This document shows positions 8,226 to 18,752 of a stretch of 39,432 bases of DNA, one piece after another. Each line of letters opens with the position of its first letter. Within the stretch, counting starts at the first letter, position 1. Under the pieces are notes generated by a model. It saw nothing but the letters and a program-made list of their open reading frames with translations, ran no database searches and was not told where the DNA came from. Origin of the DNA: a bacterium (GTDB taxonomy: Bacteria; JADJOY01); the NCBI GenBank assembly GCA_046331705.1, contig JAXLQJ010000007.1, positions 186,001-225,432 of the forward strand. Reading direction: 5' to 3'. The position numbers and the translations under genes were made by a program.

Positions 8226-9008
8226 CTATCGTCCTCGGAAGCGCGGCGCGCGTTTCTCCAGGAAGGCGAGGACTCCCTCCTGATAATCCTCGCTGGCGAA
8301 GCACGCGGCCACCAACGCCTCCGCCTCGCCCTCGCTCAGGACGCCGCCCACGTGGCGGCGCACGGCGAGCCGCGCGTAGCGCAGCGCGAGCGGCGCGTTC
8401 TTGGCGATCTCGCCGACCCATTCCTCGGTGCGCGCGAGCAGCTCCTCGCCGGGAACGCAGCGCTGCACCAAGCCGAGTCGAAGGGCCTCGGGACCGTGCA
8501 CGAACCGTCCCGAGAGCAGCAGATCCAGCGCCGTCGCCTCGCCGGCCACCGCCACCAGTCTTTCCACCGCGGCGTGGGGGTACGCGAGCCCGAGCTTGCC
8601 TGCGGGAATGCCGAGAAACGCGGTCTCCGCGGCGATGCGGAGGTCGCACGCGAACGCGATCAGGCAACCCCCGCCCAGGCACGGCCCGCCGATCATCGCG
8701 ATCGACGGCACCGGCAGACGCTCGAGCACCCGGATGGTGTCCACCGCGCCCTGGTCGTAACGCCGGGCCAAGTCCGGATCGGAGCGAAGGTGCCGGAACT
8801 CGTTGATGTCCGCGCCGGCGATGAAGTTGCCGGCCGTGCCGGTGACGACCACCGCGCGCACACCGTCCTGCGCGGCGAGCCATTCGAGCCTGCCGGGGAT
8901 CGCTTCCCAGAGCTCGCGCGTGAGCGCGCCACGGCTCTCGGGGCGATCGAGGACCAGCCAGCCGATCGGCCCAGCCACACGCGTCCGAAGCGAATCGGTC
9001 ACGCTCAT
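8226..9008 (-). CDS. Enoyl-CoA hydratase/isomerase (crotonase) family protein
   Basis: FIAGADINEF, GPCLGGG, ACDLRIA, PAGKLGLAY, SEDYQEGVLAFLEKRAPRF. Start ATG9008. Confidence 0.9.
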   Translation of the reverse strand: MSVTDSLRTRVAGPIGWLVLDRPESRGALTRELWEAIPGRLEWLAAQDGVRAVVVTGTAGNFIAGADINEFRHLRSDPDLARRYDQGAVDTIRVLERLPVPSIAMIGGPCLGGGCLIAFACDLRIAAETAFLGIPAGKLGLAYPHAAVERLVAVAGEATALDLLLSGRFVHGPEALRLGLVQRCVPGEELLARTEEWVGEIAKNAPLALRYARLAVRRHVGGVLSEGEAEALVAACFASEDYQEGVLAFLEKRAPRFRGR

Positions 9009-9184
9009 GGGATCCCTTCCGCGTCGCGATCGAGGAACGAGGTGCTTGGCGCGGCGGCACATTTAGCGCCGGCGATCGTGCGGGGCAATCGCGCGCGCGA
9101 GCGCCGCGGCACGTCTGTGAAACTCGTCGGCACTCTGTCATCCTTCGGCGCCATACGCCGCGTCATCAGCGGGCCGAGGAGCTC

Positions 9185-9691
9185 ATGCCGGACACACCCA
9201 CCATCGCCACCGACCAGTTCAAGGCCCTCATGTCGACCTTCGCCGCGGGCGTGACGGTCGTGACCACCATCGACGACGCCGGCCAGCTGTGGGGTCTCAC
9301 CGCCACGGCGTTCTCGTCGGTATCCCTCGACCCACCGCTCTGCTTGGTGTGCATCGATCGGCGCACGGCGAGCCACGATCCGATCCTCGACGCCACGCGG
9401 TTCGCGGTCAGCATCCTCAGCGATCAGCAGCAAGACCTCTCCAACCGCTTCGCCAGTCGCCTGCCCGACAAGTTCGCGGGCGTCGCCTGGACCGCGGGCC
9501 CCGCCACCGGCAGCCCGGTTCTCGGCGACGCGCTGGCGTGGATGGATTGCAGTGTCGAGCACGCCCACGCGGGCGGCGATCACACGATCGTCGTGGGCCG
9601 CATCCACCACGCGTGGATCGGCGAAGGCAAGCCCTTGGTCTATTGGCGCGGTGCGTACGGCGACGTCACCTCGCGGCCGAAGGCGTGGTGA
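9185..9691 (+). CDS. Flavin reductase (HpaC/HsaB/RutF-like)
   Basis: FAAGVTVVT, TATAFSSVSLDPPLCLVC, GDHTIVVG, PLVYWRGAY; RBS GAGGAG. Confidence 0.93.
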   Translation: MPDTPTIATDQFKALMSTFAAGVTVVTTIDDAGQLWGLTATAFSSVSLDPPLCLVCIDRRTASHDPILDATRFAVSILSDQQQDLSNRFASRLPDKFAGVAWTAGPATGSPVLGDALAWMDCSVEHAHAGGDHTIVVGRIHHAWIGEGKPLVYWRGAYGDVTSRPKAW

Positions 9692-9725
9692 AGCCGTTGC
9701 CGCGCTCGCCGCGCGAGGTGGGTCG

Positions 9726-10490
9726 ATGACGGGTCGGGTATCGGGGAAGGTCGCGCTGATCACGGGTGCGGCGTCGGGGCTGGGCGCAGCAGCGGCGCGA
9801 CGGCTCGCCGCCGAGGGCGCCCGGGTGATGCTCACCGACCTTCAGGACGAGCGCGGCACCGAGGTCGCCGCGGAGATCGGCGCTCACGCCCGCTATCGAC
9901 ACCTCGACGTCGCCTGCGAGGCGGACTGGAGCGCGGCCATCGCGGCGACGATCGACGCGTTCGGCAAGCTCGACGTCCTCGTCAACAACGCCGGCATCGG
10001 CCTGCTCGCGGACGTCGAGGCGACGTCGCTCGAGGACTGGAAGCGGGTCCACGCCGTGAACCTCGACGGCGTCTTCCTCGGCTGCAAGCACGCGCTGCCG
10101 GCGATGCGCGCCAGCGGCGGCGGCTCGATCGTGAACATCTCGTCGATCTCCGGCATCGTCGCCGGCCACAACCTCGCGGCCTACAACTCCAGCAAGGCCG
10201 CGGTCCGGCATCTCACCAAGTCGGTGGCGCTCCACGGCGCCCGCTCTCGGCCGCCGGTGCGCTGCAACTCGATCCATCCCACCTTCGTCGACACGCCCAT
10301 CCTCGACGCCCTGCTCAGCGCCGCACCCGACCCCGCCGCGGCACGGCGCAAGCTCGCCGCCCAGATTCCGCTCGGCGCCATCGGCGAGCCCAACGACGTC
10401 GCCTGGGCGGTCGTCTACCTGGCGTCCGACGAGTCGAAGCTCATGACCGGCGCGGAGCTGGTTCTCGACGGCGGTCTCTCGGCGCAATAG
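9726..10490 (+). CDS. Classical SDR (3-beta/17-beta-hydroxysteroid or cyclic-alcohol dehydrogenase-like)
   Basis: GRVSGKVALITGAASGLG, NNAG, SSISG, YNSSK, RCNSIHP, LASDES, TGAELVLDGG. Start ATG9726 follows GAGGTG. Confidence 0.9.
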   Translation: MTGRVSGKVALITGAASGLGAAAARRLAAEGARVMLTDLQDERGTEVAAEIGAHARYRHLDVACEADWSAAIAATIDAFGKLDVLVNNAGIGLLADVEATSLEDWKRVHAVNLDGVFLGCKHALPAMRASGGGSIVNISSISGIVAGHNLAAYNSSKAAVRHLTKSVALHGARSRPPVRCNSIHPTFVDTPILDALLSAAPDPAAARRKLAAQIPLGAIGEPNDVAWAVVYLASDESKLMTGAELVLDGGLSAQ

Positions 10491-10665
10491 CGCCGCGCGC
10501 GCCCAGCGCCACGCACCCCGCAGTCGTGCACTGCATGGGGCACGCGGTTTGTCCCCCGGCGCCAGCGCCGCGGAAACTGTGGCCCAGCGAGGCCACCGCT
10601 CCCGCCACGGTGGCGCCACGGAACCTATTGCTCAGCCAGCCCCGCTGGTGAGATAAGAGGGGACG

Positions 10666-11481
10666 ATGAAAATCACGATCATTCGGCCGCTCCTCTCGCT
10701 CTTGCTCGTCTGCCCACTGGTCTTCACTGGCGCTGCGCGTGCGTTCGAGGAAGTCCGTGGACCACTCGACTCGGATCCGAAGCTGCCGTCGATCCCCGAC
10801 ATCGGCGACATCCAGCTCTCGCCGGACGAGTGGACGGAGGTCCAGAAGGGCGAGATCGTCGTACAGATCCTGGAGCGCGGTGAGGAAGATCGTCAGGCCC
10901 GCGCGATCGGCTATCTGAAGCACAATCCCAGCCAGCTCTTCGACGTCGCCACGGATTCCACCTTGGCGGCGCGGCTGGTGCCCGAGGTCAAGAAGGTCGA
11001 GGTCCTCGAGCGCTCTTCGTCGCACAAGCGCTTCCACGGCGAGGCCGACTTCTCGTTCATGCTGCCGCGCTTCCAGTACACGATGCTCTCCGCCTACAAC
11101 GACAGCCACACCGGTCAGGCGTGGACGCAAGTGAAAGGCGATCTCGACAAGAACGAAGGGAGCCATTCGTTCTTCTGGGACGCGCAGCGTCAGCAGACCC
11201 TGGCGGTCTTCACCTACGACATGGCGCTCAAGGGCATCTTGAGCATCGTGCCCGAGTACGTGGTGATCCGGATCGCGAGCCGCACCCTGCCCGACTTCCT
11301 GCGCAATCTCGACAACGTCATCGACTCGGTCTACGCCGAGGACCCAGCCCGGGGAACGCGCGTGGCCTCGGAGTGGACCGGGCTCAAGCCCCGTCTCGAA
11401 GGCGGCCAGCTCGCGTCCCGCGCCTGGCAGGGGCCGATCGCCGTGGCCACCCGCGAGGCGCACCCTGCCGGCTCTCCGTAA
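10666..11481 (+). CDS. Secreted SRPBCC/START (polyketide cyclase-like) lipid-binding domain protein
   Basis: Signal peptide ending AARA|F; RBS GAGGGG. START-like pattern PSQLFDVATD...VPEVKKVEVLE, WTQVKGDLDKNEGS and C-terminal helix PEYVVIRIASRTLPDFL. Confidence 0.65.
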   Translation: MKITIIRPLLSLLLVCPLVFTGAARAFEEVRGPLDSDPKLPSIPDIGDIQLSPDEWTEVQKGEIVVQILERGEEDRQARAIGYLKHNPSQLFDVATDSTLAARLVPEVKKVEVLERSSSHKRFHGEADFSFMLPRFQYTMLSAYNDSHTGQAWTQVKGDLDKNEGSHSFFWDAQRQQTLAVFTYDMALKGILSIVPEYVVIRIASRTLPDFLRNLDNVIDSVYAEDPARGTRVASEWTGLKPRLEGGQLASRAWQGPIAVATREAHPAGSP

Positions 11482-11501
11482 GTCCCGTCCCTCGGACGTA
11501 C

Positions 11502-11536
11502 GACGCCCCCGCTGGATCGAATCCAGCGGGGGCGTC
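11502..11536. terminator. Perfect 16-bp hairpin, probable bidirectional terminator between convergent genes
   Basis: GACGCCCCCGCTGGAT-CGA-ATCCAGCGGGGGCGTC, lying between stops at 11481 (+) and 11595 (-). U-tracts are weak. Confidence 0.7.
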
Positions 11537-11594
11537 TTGCTCCCCGGGCGAGCAGCGGGTCGCGCCAGCCGTCACCGCCCGCCCGCGGCTCTGG

Positions 11595-12827
<1,233 letters not shown>

Positions 12828-12961
12828 GGGTTCTCCCTTCTCTCTCTCGCCGGGTCACCGCATTCTCGAAGTCGGTGCCCGGGCCTATTGGGGTGGATGC
12901 GCCGAACCATAGCAGACCGCGGAAGTGTTCGTGGAATCAGGCAATTTCGCGCATGACACGG

Positions 12962-12990
12962 TTGTACGAGCGACGGCCGAGCGTTACGCT
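12962..12990 (+). promoter_or_regulatory. Putative sigma70 promoter of sucA-sucB-lpdA
   Basis: TTGTAC-N17-TACGCT, 53 bp upstream of the sucA ATG. A divergent extended -10 (TG-C-TATGGT, minus strand 12906-12911) could serve the thiolase. Confidence 0.55.
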
Positions 12991-13043
12991 GAAATCGATT
13001 TTCCGGCACGATCCGACAACGCATTCCGAAGGACGCGTCTCTC

Positions 13044-15869
13044 ATGGCCCAAGCGGAGAGCTGGCCGCATCCCTCGAACCTCGCCTTCGTCGAGGAGCTG
13101 TACGTTCGCTGGCTCCGCGATCCCCGCTCGGTGGACGCCGATTGGGGAAAGTACTTCGCGACGCTGCCCACGGAGCGCGCGTTCGCCGCCGAGCCGCGGC
13201 TCGGCGCCACCGCCCCGAACGGCTCGATCTTCCGCTCCTACGGTTCCAACGGTCACGGCTCGGCGCACCTGGCGCCGAGCGCCGCTCCGGATCAGTCGAT
13301 CCAGATCCTGCAGGACCGCGTCGACCAGCTGATCCGCGCCTACCGCTTGCGCGGCCACCTGATCGCCGCCGTGGACCCCCTCGGACTGCCACGCCCCTTC
13401 CAGCGCGAGCTCGATCCGGCGTTCTACAAGCTCACCGACGCCGACCTGGATCGCGTGTTCTCGAGCGAGACCATCGCGCTCGAGGGCGAGCTCACGCTGC
13501 GACGCATCCTGCGCCGCCTCCAGTCCACGTACTGTCGGTCGATCGGCGTGCAGTTCATGCACATCACCGATTACGGCGTGAAGGCGTGGCTCCAGGCGCG
13601 CATGGAGCACTCCGAGAACCGGATCGTCCTCGGCCGGCACGAGCAGCTGCGCATCCTGCGCCGCCTCACCGACGCGGTCATCTTCGAGGAGTTCATCCAG
13701 AAGCGCTTCCAGGGTGCCAAGTCGTTCTCGCTGGAGGGATCCGAGAGCCTGATCCCGCTGCTCGATCTGGCCATCGAGCACGCCGGCGACCTCGGCGTCG
13801 AGCAGATCGTGATCGGCATGAGCCACCGCGGACGGCTCAACGTGCTCTCGAACATCATGGGAAAGAGCGCCGCCGAGATCTTCGCCGAGTTCGAGGATAC
13901 GAACCCCGAGCTCTCGCTGGGCCGCGGCGACGTCAAGTACCACCTCGGCTATTCGAGCGATTGGAAGACCACCGCAGGCAGGAGCGTGCACCTCTCGCTC
14001 TGCTTCAACCCGAGCCATCTCGAGTTCGTGGGCCCGGTCGTGCAAGGCCGCGTGCGAGCCAAGCTCGATCGCATGGGCGGCGACGATCCCGCGAGCCGCG
14101 CGCTCGGCATCGTCATCCACGGCGATGCCGCGTTCGCCGGCGAGGGTGTCGCTCAAGAGATGCTCAACATGAGCCGCCTCGAGCCCTACTCGATCGGCGG
14201 CACGATCCACGTGATCGTCAACAACCAGATCGGGTTCACCACCCCGCCCCACCAGGCCCGTTCCAGCACGTATCCCACCGGCGTCGCGCGGATGCTCCAT
14301 TCGCCGATCTTCCACGTGAACGGCGAGGATCCCGAGGCCGTGGCGCAGGTGGTGCGCCTGGCGCTCGACTTCCGCCAGCGCTTCCGGCGCGACGTGTTCA
14401 TCGACATGTACGGCTACCGTCGGCGTGGCCACAACGAGGGCGACGAGCCGTCGTTCACTCAGCCGCTGCTCTACAAGGCGATCGAGGCGCGCAAGCCCGT
14501 CCGCGAGGGCTACCTCGACCATCTTCTGCGCCTCGAGGGCGTCACCCGCGAGGAGGCCGACGCCTTGGCGGCGCGCCGCCGCGAGCACCTGGAGCAAGAG
14601 CTCAAGCGGGCCCAGAGCGCCAAGGTGTTCCCCACCGATGCGCCGATGGGCGGGGTGTGGCGCGGCTACTGCGGCGGCAACGAGCTCGAGGTCGAGGAGA
14701 TCGACACGGGCGTGCCGCGCGAGCGGCTGGCGCGCCTGCTCGAGATCCAGACGCGCCTGCCGGGCGGTTTCCACCCCCATCCCAAGATCGCGAAGATCCT
14801 CGAGACGCGGCGCGAGATGGCGGCGGGAAAGCGCCCCCTCGACTGGTCCGCGGGCGAGAACCTCGCGCTGGCGACGCTCGCGATCGAGGGCGTGCGCATT
14901 CGCCTGACGGGCCAGGACGCCGAGCGCGGCACCTTCAGCCATCGGCACGCCGTGCTCCACGACTTCGAGGACGGGCACACCTACATGCCGCTCGCGCACC
15001 TGGCGCCGGAGCAGGCGCCGGTCGACATCGACAACAGCCCGCTCGCCGAGATCGCGCCGCTCGCCTTCGAGTACGGCTACAGCATGGATCGGCCCGAAGC
15101 GCTGGTGATGTGGGAGGCGCAGTTCGGCGACTTCGTCAACGTCGCGCAGGTCATCATCGACCAGTTCATCGTGAGCGCCGAGCAGAAGTGGCAGCGGCTG
15201 AGCGGGCTGGTGATGCTGCTGCCACACGGGCTGGAAGGCGCGGGTCCGGAGCACTCGAGCGCGCGGATCGAACGGTTTCTCTCGCTCGCCGCCGAGGACA
15301 ACATCCAGGTCGCGCAACCGACGACCCCGGCGCAGATCTTCCATCTGCTGCGGCGACAAGTGTTGCGACCGTGGCGCAAGCCGCTGGTCGTGATGACGCC
15401 GAAGAGCTTGCTCCGGCTCCCCGCGGCGAGCTCGTCGCTCGACGACCTCACGACGGGCACCTACCAGCGCGTCATCGCCGACGCGCGCCCCGCGGCGCAG
15501 CAGAAGAAGACCGAGCGCGTGCTGCTCTGCACCGGCAAGCTCTACTACGAGCTCGACAAGAAGCGAACCGAGCTCGAACGCGACGACGTCGCGATCCTGC
15601 GCCTCGAGCAGCTCGCCCCGTTTCCCGGCGAGACCCTGCGCCGCAGCCTCGCCGAGTATCGCGCCGAGACTCCGGTCTTCTGGGTCCAGGAAGAGCCCGA
15701 GAACATGGGCGCCTGGGCCCATCTGCGCGTGCGATTCCTGGAGCGGATGTTCGATCGCCATCCGTTCGCGGGCATCTCGCGACCCGCGTCGGCGAGCCCG
15801 GCCACGGGCTCGCACGCGAGCCACAAGCTCGAGCAAGAGGCACTGCTCGCCGAAGCCTTCGGGCTGTGA
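13044..15869 (+). CDS. sucA: 2-oxoglutarate dehydrogenase E1
   Basis: [80 protein letters not shown]. Confidence 0.98.
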   Translation: MAQAESWPHPSNLAFVEELYVRWLRDPRSVDADWGKYFATLPTERAFAAEPRLGATAPNGSIFRSYGSNGHGSAHLAPSAAPDQSIQILQDRVDQLIRAYRLRGHLIAAVDPLGLPRPFQRELDPAFYKLTDADLDRVFSSETIALEGELTLRRILRRLQSTYCRSIGVQFMHITDYGVKAWLQARMEHSENRIVLGRHEQLRILRRLTDAVIFEEFIQKRFQGAKSFSLEGSESLIPLLDLAIEHAGDLGVEQIVIGMSHRGRLNVLSNIMGKSAAEIFAEFEDTNPELSLGRGDVKYHLGYSSDWKTTAGRSVHLSLCFNPSHLEFVGPVVQGRVRAKLDRMGGDDPASRALGIVIHGDAAFAGEGVAQEMLNMSRLEPYSIGGTIHVIVNNQIGFTTPPHQARSSTYPTGVARMLHSPIFHVNGEDPEAVAQVVRLALDFRQRFRRDVFIDMYGYRRRGHNEGDEPSFTQPLLYKAIEARKPVREGYLDHLLRLEGVTREEADALAARRREHLEQELKRAQSAKVFPTDAPMGGVWRGYCGGNELEVEEIDTGVPRERLARLLEIQTRLPGGFHPHPKIAKILETRREMAAGKRPLDWSAGENLALATLAIEGVRIRLTGQDAERGTFSHRHAVLHDFEDGHTYMPLAHLAPEQAPVDIDNSPLAEIAPLAFEYGYSMDRPEALVMWEAQFGDFVNVAQVIIDQFIVSAEQKWQRLSGLVMLLPHGLEGAGPEHSSARIERFLSLAAEDNIQVAQPTTPAQIFHLLRRQVLRPWRKPLVVMTPKSLLRLPAASSSLDDLTTGTYQRVIADARPAAQQKKTERVLLCTGKLYYELDKKRTELERDDVAILRLEQLAPFPGETLRRSLAEYRAETPVFWVQEEPENMGAWAHLRVRFLERMFDRHPFAGISRPASASPATGSHASHKLEQEALLAEAFGL

Positions 15870-15966
15870 GGGCCGCGGCCATCGCCGAGCGCGCGCCGCC
15901 GCCCGACCCGCCCGACGCAACCCCGACCGCGCACGTTCGCCCCCATCCGAGAGGAACGAAGCTGCC

Positions 15967-17232
15967 ATGGCCATCGACATCGTGGTGCCATCCGTCGGCG
16001 AATCGATCACCGAGGTCGAGCTCGGCGATTGGCTCAAGAACGAGGGTGATTGGGTCGAGAAGGACGCGCCGATCGTCGTGATCGAGAGCGAGAAGGCCAC
16101 CGTCGAGGTCCCCGCGCCGGTGTCGGGCACGATCGCGAAGATCGCGAAGCGCAAGGGCGAGAAGGCCCAAGTCGGCGAGACCATCGGCCAGATGGAGGAG
16201 TCGGCCAAGCCGACGAGCGCGTCACAGCCGGCCGCGAAGGCGGCGCCGGCTGCCAGCGCGGCGGTTCCCAGCGCCCCGGCGGCGCCCGCCGGCGCGCAGG
16301 CAGGCGACGGCGTACGCGTGATGCCCGCGGCGCAACGCGTCCTCGCGCAACACGGGCTCGCGGCGAGCGACGTCCCGGCGAGCGGGCCGGGCGGCCGCCT
16401 GCTCAAGGAAGACGTCGAGCGACACGTGGCGGCTGCACAGACGGCGCCCGCCGCCCCCGCGTCTCAGCCTCCGGCGCCGCCGCCCGCTCCCCAGGCGATC
16501 GCCTTCGCGGCGGCCTCCGGCGAGCCCGGCGGCGTCGAGGACGACGTCGTCCCCATGAGCCCGCTGCGCCGCAAGATCGCCGAGCGGCTCGTGATGTCGC
16601 AGCAAACCGCCGCGCTGCTCACGACCTTCAACGAGATCGACATGTCGGCGGTGATCGCGCTGCGCAAGCAGTATCAGGAAGCCTTCGCCGCCCGCTACGG
16701 CATCAAGGTCGGCTTCATGTCGTTCTTCGTGAAGGCGGCCGTGGATGCGCTCCACCGGGTGCCCGAGGTCAACGCGGAGATCCGCGGCACCGACATCGTC
16801 TACCACCGCTACTACGACGTCGGCGTGGCGGTGGGCGGCGGCCGCGGTCTGGTGGTGCCGGTGATCCGGCACGCCGATCGGCTCTCGTTCGCCGAGGTCG
16901 AGCGCACGATCGAAGACTTCGGCAAGCGTGCGCAAGCGGGCAAGCTCAAACCGGAGGAGCTCTCGGGCGGCACGTTCACCATCTCGAACGGCGGGATCTA
17001 CGGCTCGCTGCTGTCGACGCCGATCGTGAACCCGCCGCAGGTGGGCATCTTGGGGCTGCACAAGATCGAGGACCGGCCGGTGGCCGTCGGCGGCCAGGTC
17101 GTGATCCGGCCGATGATGTACGTGGCGCTCACCTACGATCACCGCATCATCGACGGCCGCGAGGCGGTGACCTTCCTGAAGCGCATCAAGGAAGTCATCG
17201 AGGACCCGGCACGGATGCTCCTCGAGATCTGA
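15967..17232 (+). CDS. sucB: Dihydrolipoamide succinyltransferase E2
   Basis: Lipoyl domain ([19 protein letters not shown]), E3-binding [35 protein letters not shown]. Confidence 0.97.
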   Translation: MAIDIVVPSVGESITEVELGDWLKNEGDWVEKDAPIVVIESEKATVEVPAPVSGTIAKIAKRKGEKAQVGETIGQMEESAKPTSASQPAAKAAPAASAAVPSAPAAPAGAQAGDGVRVMPAAQRVLAQHGLAASDVPASGPGGRLLKEDVERHVAAAQTAPAAPASQPPAPPPAPQAIAFAAASGEPGGVEDDVVPMSPLRRKIAERLVMSQQTAALLTTFNEIDMSAVIALRKQYQEAFAARYGIKVGFMSFFVKAAVDALHRVPEVNAEIRGTDIVYHRYYDVGVAVGGGRGLVVPVIRHADRLSFAEVERTIEDFGKRAQAGKLKPEELSGGTFTISNGGIYGSLLSTPIVNPPQVGILGLHKIEDRPVAVGGQVVIRPMMYVALTYDHRIIDGREAVTFLKRIKEVIEDPARMLLEI

Positions 17233-17290
17233 GCCGGGCGTCGCGCGCCCGGGAACTCGCATTTCTCCCACACGAAGGGCAGCTCATCTC

Positions 17291-18691
17291 ATGGAACGCT
17301 CGCGACACGATCTGGTGGTGATCGGCGCCGGCCCGGGCGGCTATCAGTCCGCCATTCGCGCGGCACAGCTCGGCCTCGACGTGGGCGTGGTCGAGAAGGA
17401 CGCCACGCTCGGCGGCACCTGCCTCAACGTGGGGTGCATCCCCAGCAAGGCGCTCCTCGAATCGAGCGAGCTCTACGCGGAGGCCGCGCACGGTGCCTGG
17501 ACCACTCACGGCATCCGCACGGGCGCCGTCGAGCTCGACCTCGCCGCGCTGCTCAAGCGCAAGGATCAGGTCGTGAAGGCGCTCACCACGGGCGTCGCCG
17601 GCCTCTTCAAGAAGCACAAGATCGCGCGCCACACGGGACGCGGCCGGATCACCGCGCCCGGGCGCGTGTCGGTCGCCGGCGCGGACGGCCAGGACATCGC
17701 CGAGCTCGAGGCCAAGCACATCCTGATCGCCACGGGCAGCAAGCCAGCGAGCTTGCCAGGCGTGGTGCTCGACGGCGATCGCGTCGGTACCAGCACCGAG
17801 GCCATCGCCTATCGCGAGGTGCCGAAGCGATTGGTGGTCATCGGCGCGGGCTACATCGGCCTGGAGCTCGGCTCGGTGTGGCGCCGGCTCGGCTCGCACG
17901 TCGTGGTGGTCGAGTTCCTGAACCGGATCCTGCCCGGAATGGACGACGAGATGGCGGCCGAGGCGCAGAAGGTCTTCGCCAAGCAGGGACTCGAGTTCCA
18001 CCTCGGCAAGCGGGTCACGGCGGCCCGTGCCGATGGCGACGGGGCCATCGTCGAGATCGAGGGAAGCGAGCCGATCGCTTGCGACCGAGTGCTCGTCGCG
18101 GTGGGCCGCCTGCCCTTCACCGAAGGCCTCGGCCTCGAATCCGTGGGGATCGCGCTCGATCCGAAGGGCCGCATTCCGGTGGACGCGCACTGGCAGACCA
18201 GCGCGCCGGGCATCTACGCGATCGGCGACGTCATCGCCGGGCCGATGCTCGCCCACAAAGCCGAGGAAGAAGGCGTCGCCGTCGCCGAGTGGATCGGCAC
18301 GGGCTGGGCGCACGTCAACTACGAGACGATCCCCGGCGTTTGCTACACGAACCCCGAGTTCGCCACCGTCGGCAAGACCGAGGAAGCGCTGAAGGCGGAA
18401 GGGATTCCCTATCGCAAGGGCTCGTTTCCGTTCCGCGCCAACGCGCGCGCGCGCACCCTCAATCAACTCGAAGGACGGATCAAGATCCTCGCGCACCGAG
18501 ACACGGATCGCGTGCTCGGCGTGCACATCTTCGGTCCGCGCGCCGGCGAGCTCATCGCGGAAGCGACGCTAGCCATGGAGCTGGGGGCCTCGAGCGAGGA
18601 CATCGCACGCACCTGTCACGCTCACCCCACCCTGCCCGAGGTGCTGCGCGAGGCGGCCCTCGCGGTGGACGGACGCCCGCTCAACATCTGA
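17291..18691 (+). CDS. lpdA: Dihydrolipoamide dehydrogenase E3
   Basis: GAGPGGY, GGTCLNVGCIPSK, GAGYIGLE, GPMLAHKAEEEG, HAHPTLPE. Confidence 0.97.
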   Translation: MERSRHDLVVIGAGPGGYQSAIRAAQLGLDVGVVEKDATLGGTCLNVGCIPSKALLESSELYAEAAHGAWTTHGIRTGAVELDLAALLKRKDQVVKALTTGVAGLFKKHKIARHTGRGRITAPGRVSVAGADGQDIAELEAKHILIATGSKPASLPGVVLDGDRVGTSTEAIAYREVPKRLVVIGAGYIGLELGSVWRRLGSHVVVVEFLNRILPGMDDEMAAEAQKVFAKQGLEFHLGKRVTAARADGDGAIVEIEGSEPIACDRVLVAVGRLPFTEGLGLESVGIALDPKGRIPVDAHWQTSAPGIYAIGDVIAGPMLAHKAEEEGVAVAEWIGTGWAHVNYETIPGVCYTNPEFATVGKTEEALKAEGIPYRKGSFPFRANARARTLNQLEGRIKILAHRDTDRVLGVHIFGPRAGELIAEATLAMELGASSEDIARTCHAHPTLPEVLREAALAVDGRPLNI

Positions 18692-18752
18692 TCCCGCCGG
18701 CGACCCGGCGCCGACGGAGTGGACGGCCGGAGCCGCGGAACGGGACCTCGGA

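Noticed and set aside
9116-9132. Possible third KstR-like or CRP-like site (TGTGAAACTCGTCGGCA) in the crotonase / flavin reductase spacer
   Set aside because: Only one half-site matches; the right arm has two or more mismatches to either consensus.
7486-9141. Apparent long fusion ORFs from the track (7486-9141, 30854-32716, 33087-34802, 34837-36633, 9552-10490, 27675-28460)
   Set aside because: The N-terminal extensions are off-frame read-through of the upstream gene. Internal starts with an RBS or stop/start overlap give normal-length proteins.
15902-15924. Four C-tracts between sucA and sucB (possible G-quadruplex on the minus strand)
   Set aside because: Expected by chance at ~70% GC; no supporting evidence.
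12984-16406. 1140-aa minus-strand ORF and 1068-aa alternative-frame ORF (12875-16081) over sucA; similar long ORFs at 2682-4553, 20995-23112, 24555-26558, 28596-30863 and 31725-34271
   Set aside because: Shadow ORFs of GC-biased codon usage. They are Arg/Ala/Pro-rich, carry no motifs and overlap well-supported genes. Only the 3' end of 24555-26558 (DUF35) is real.
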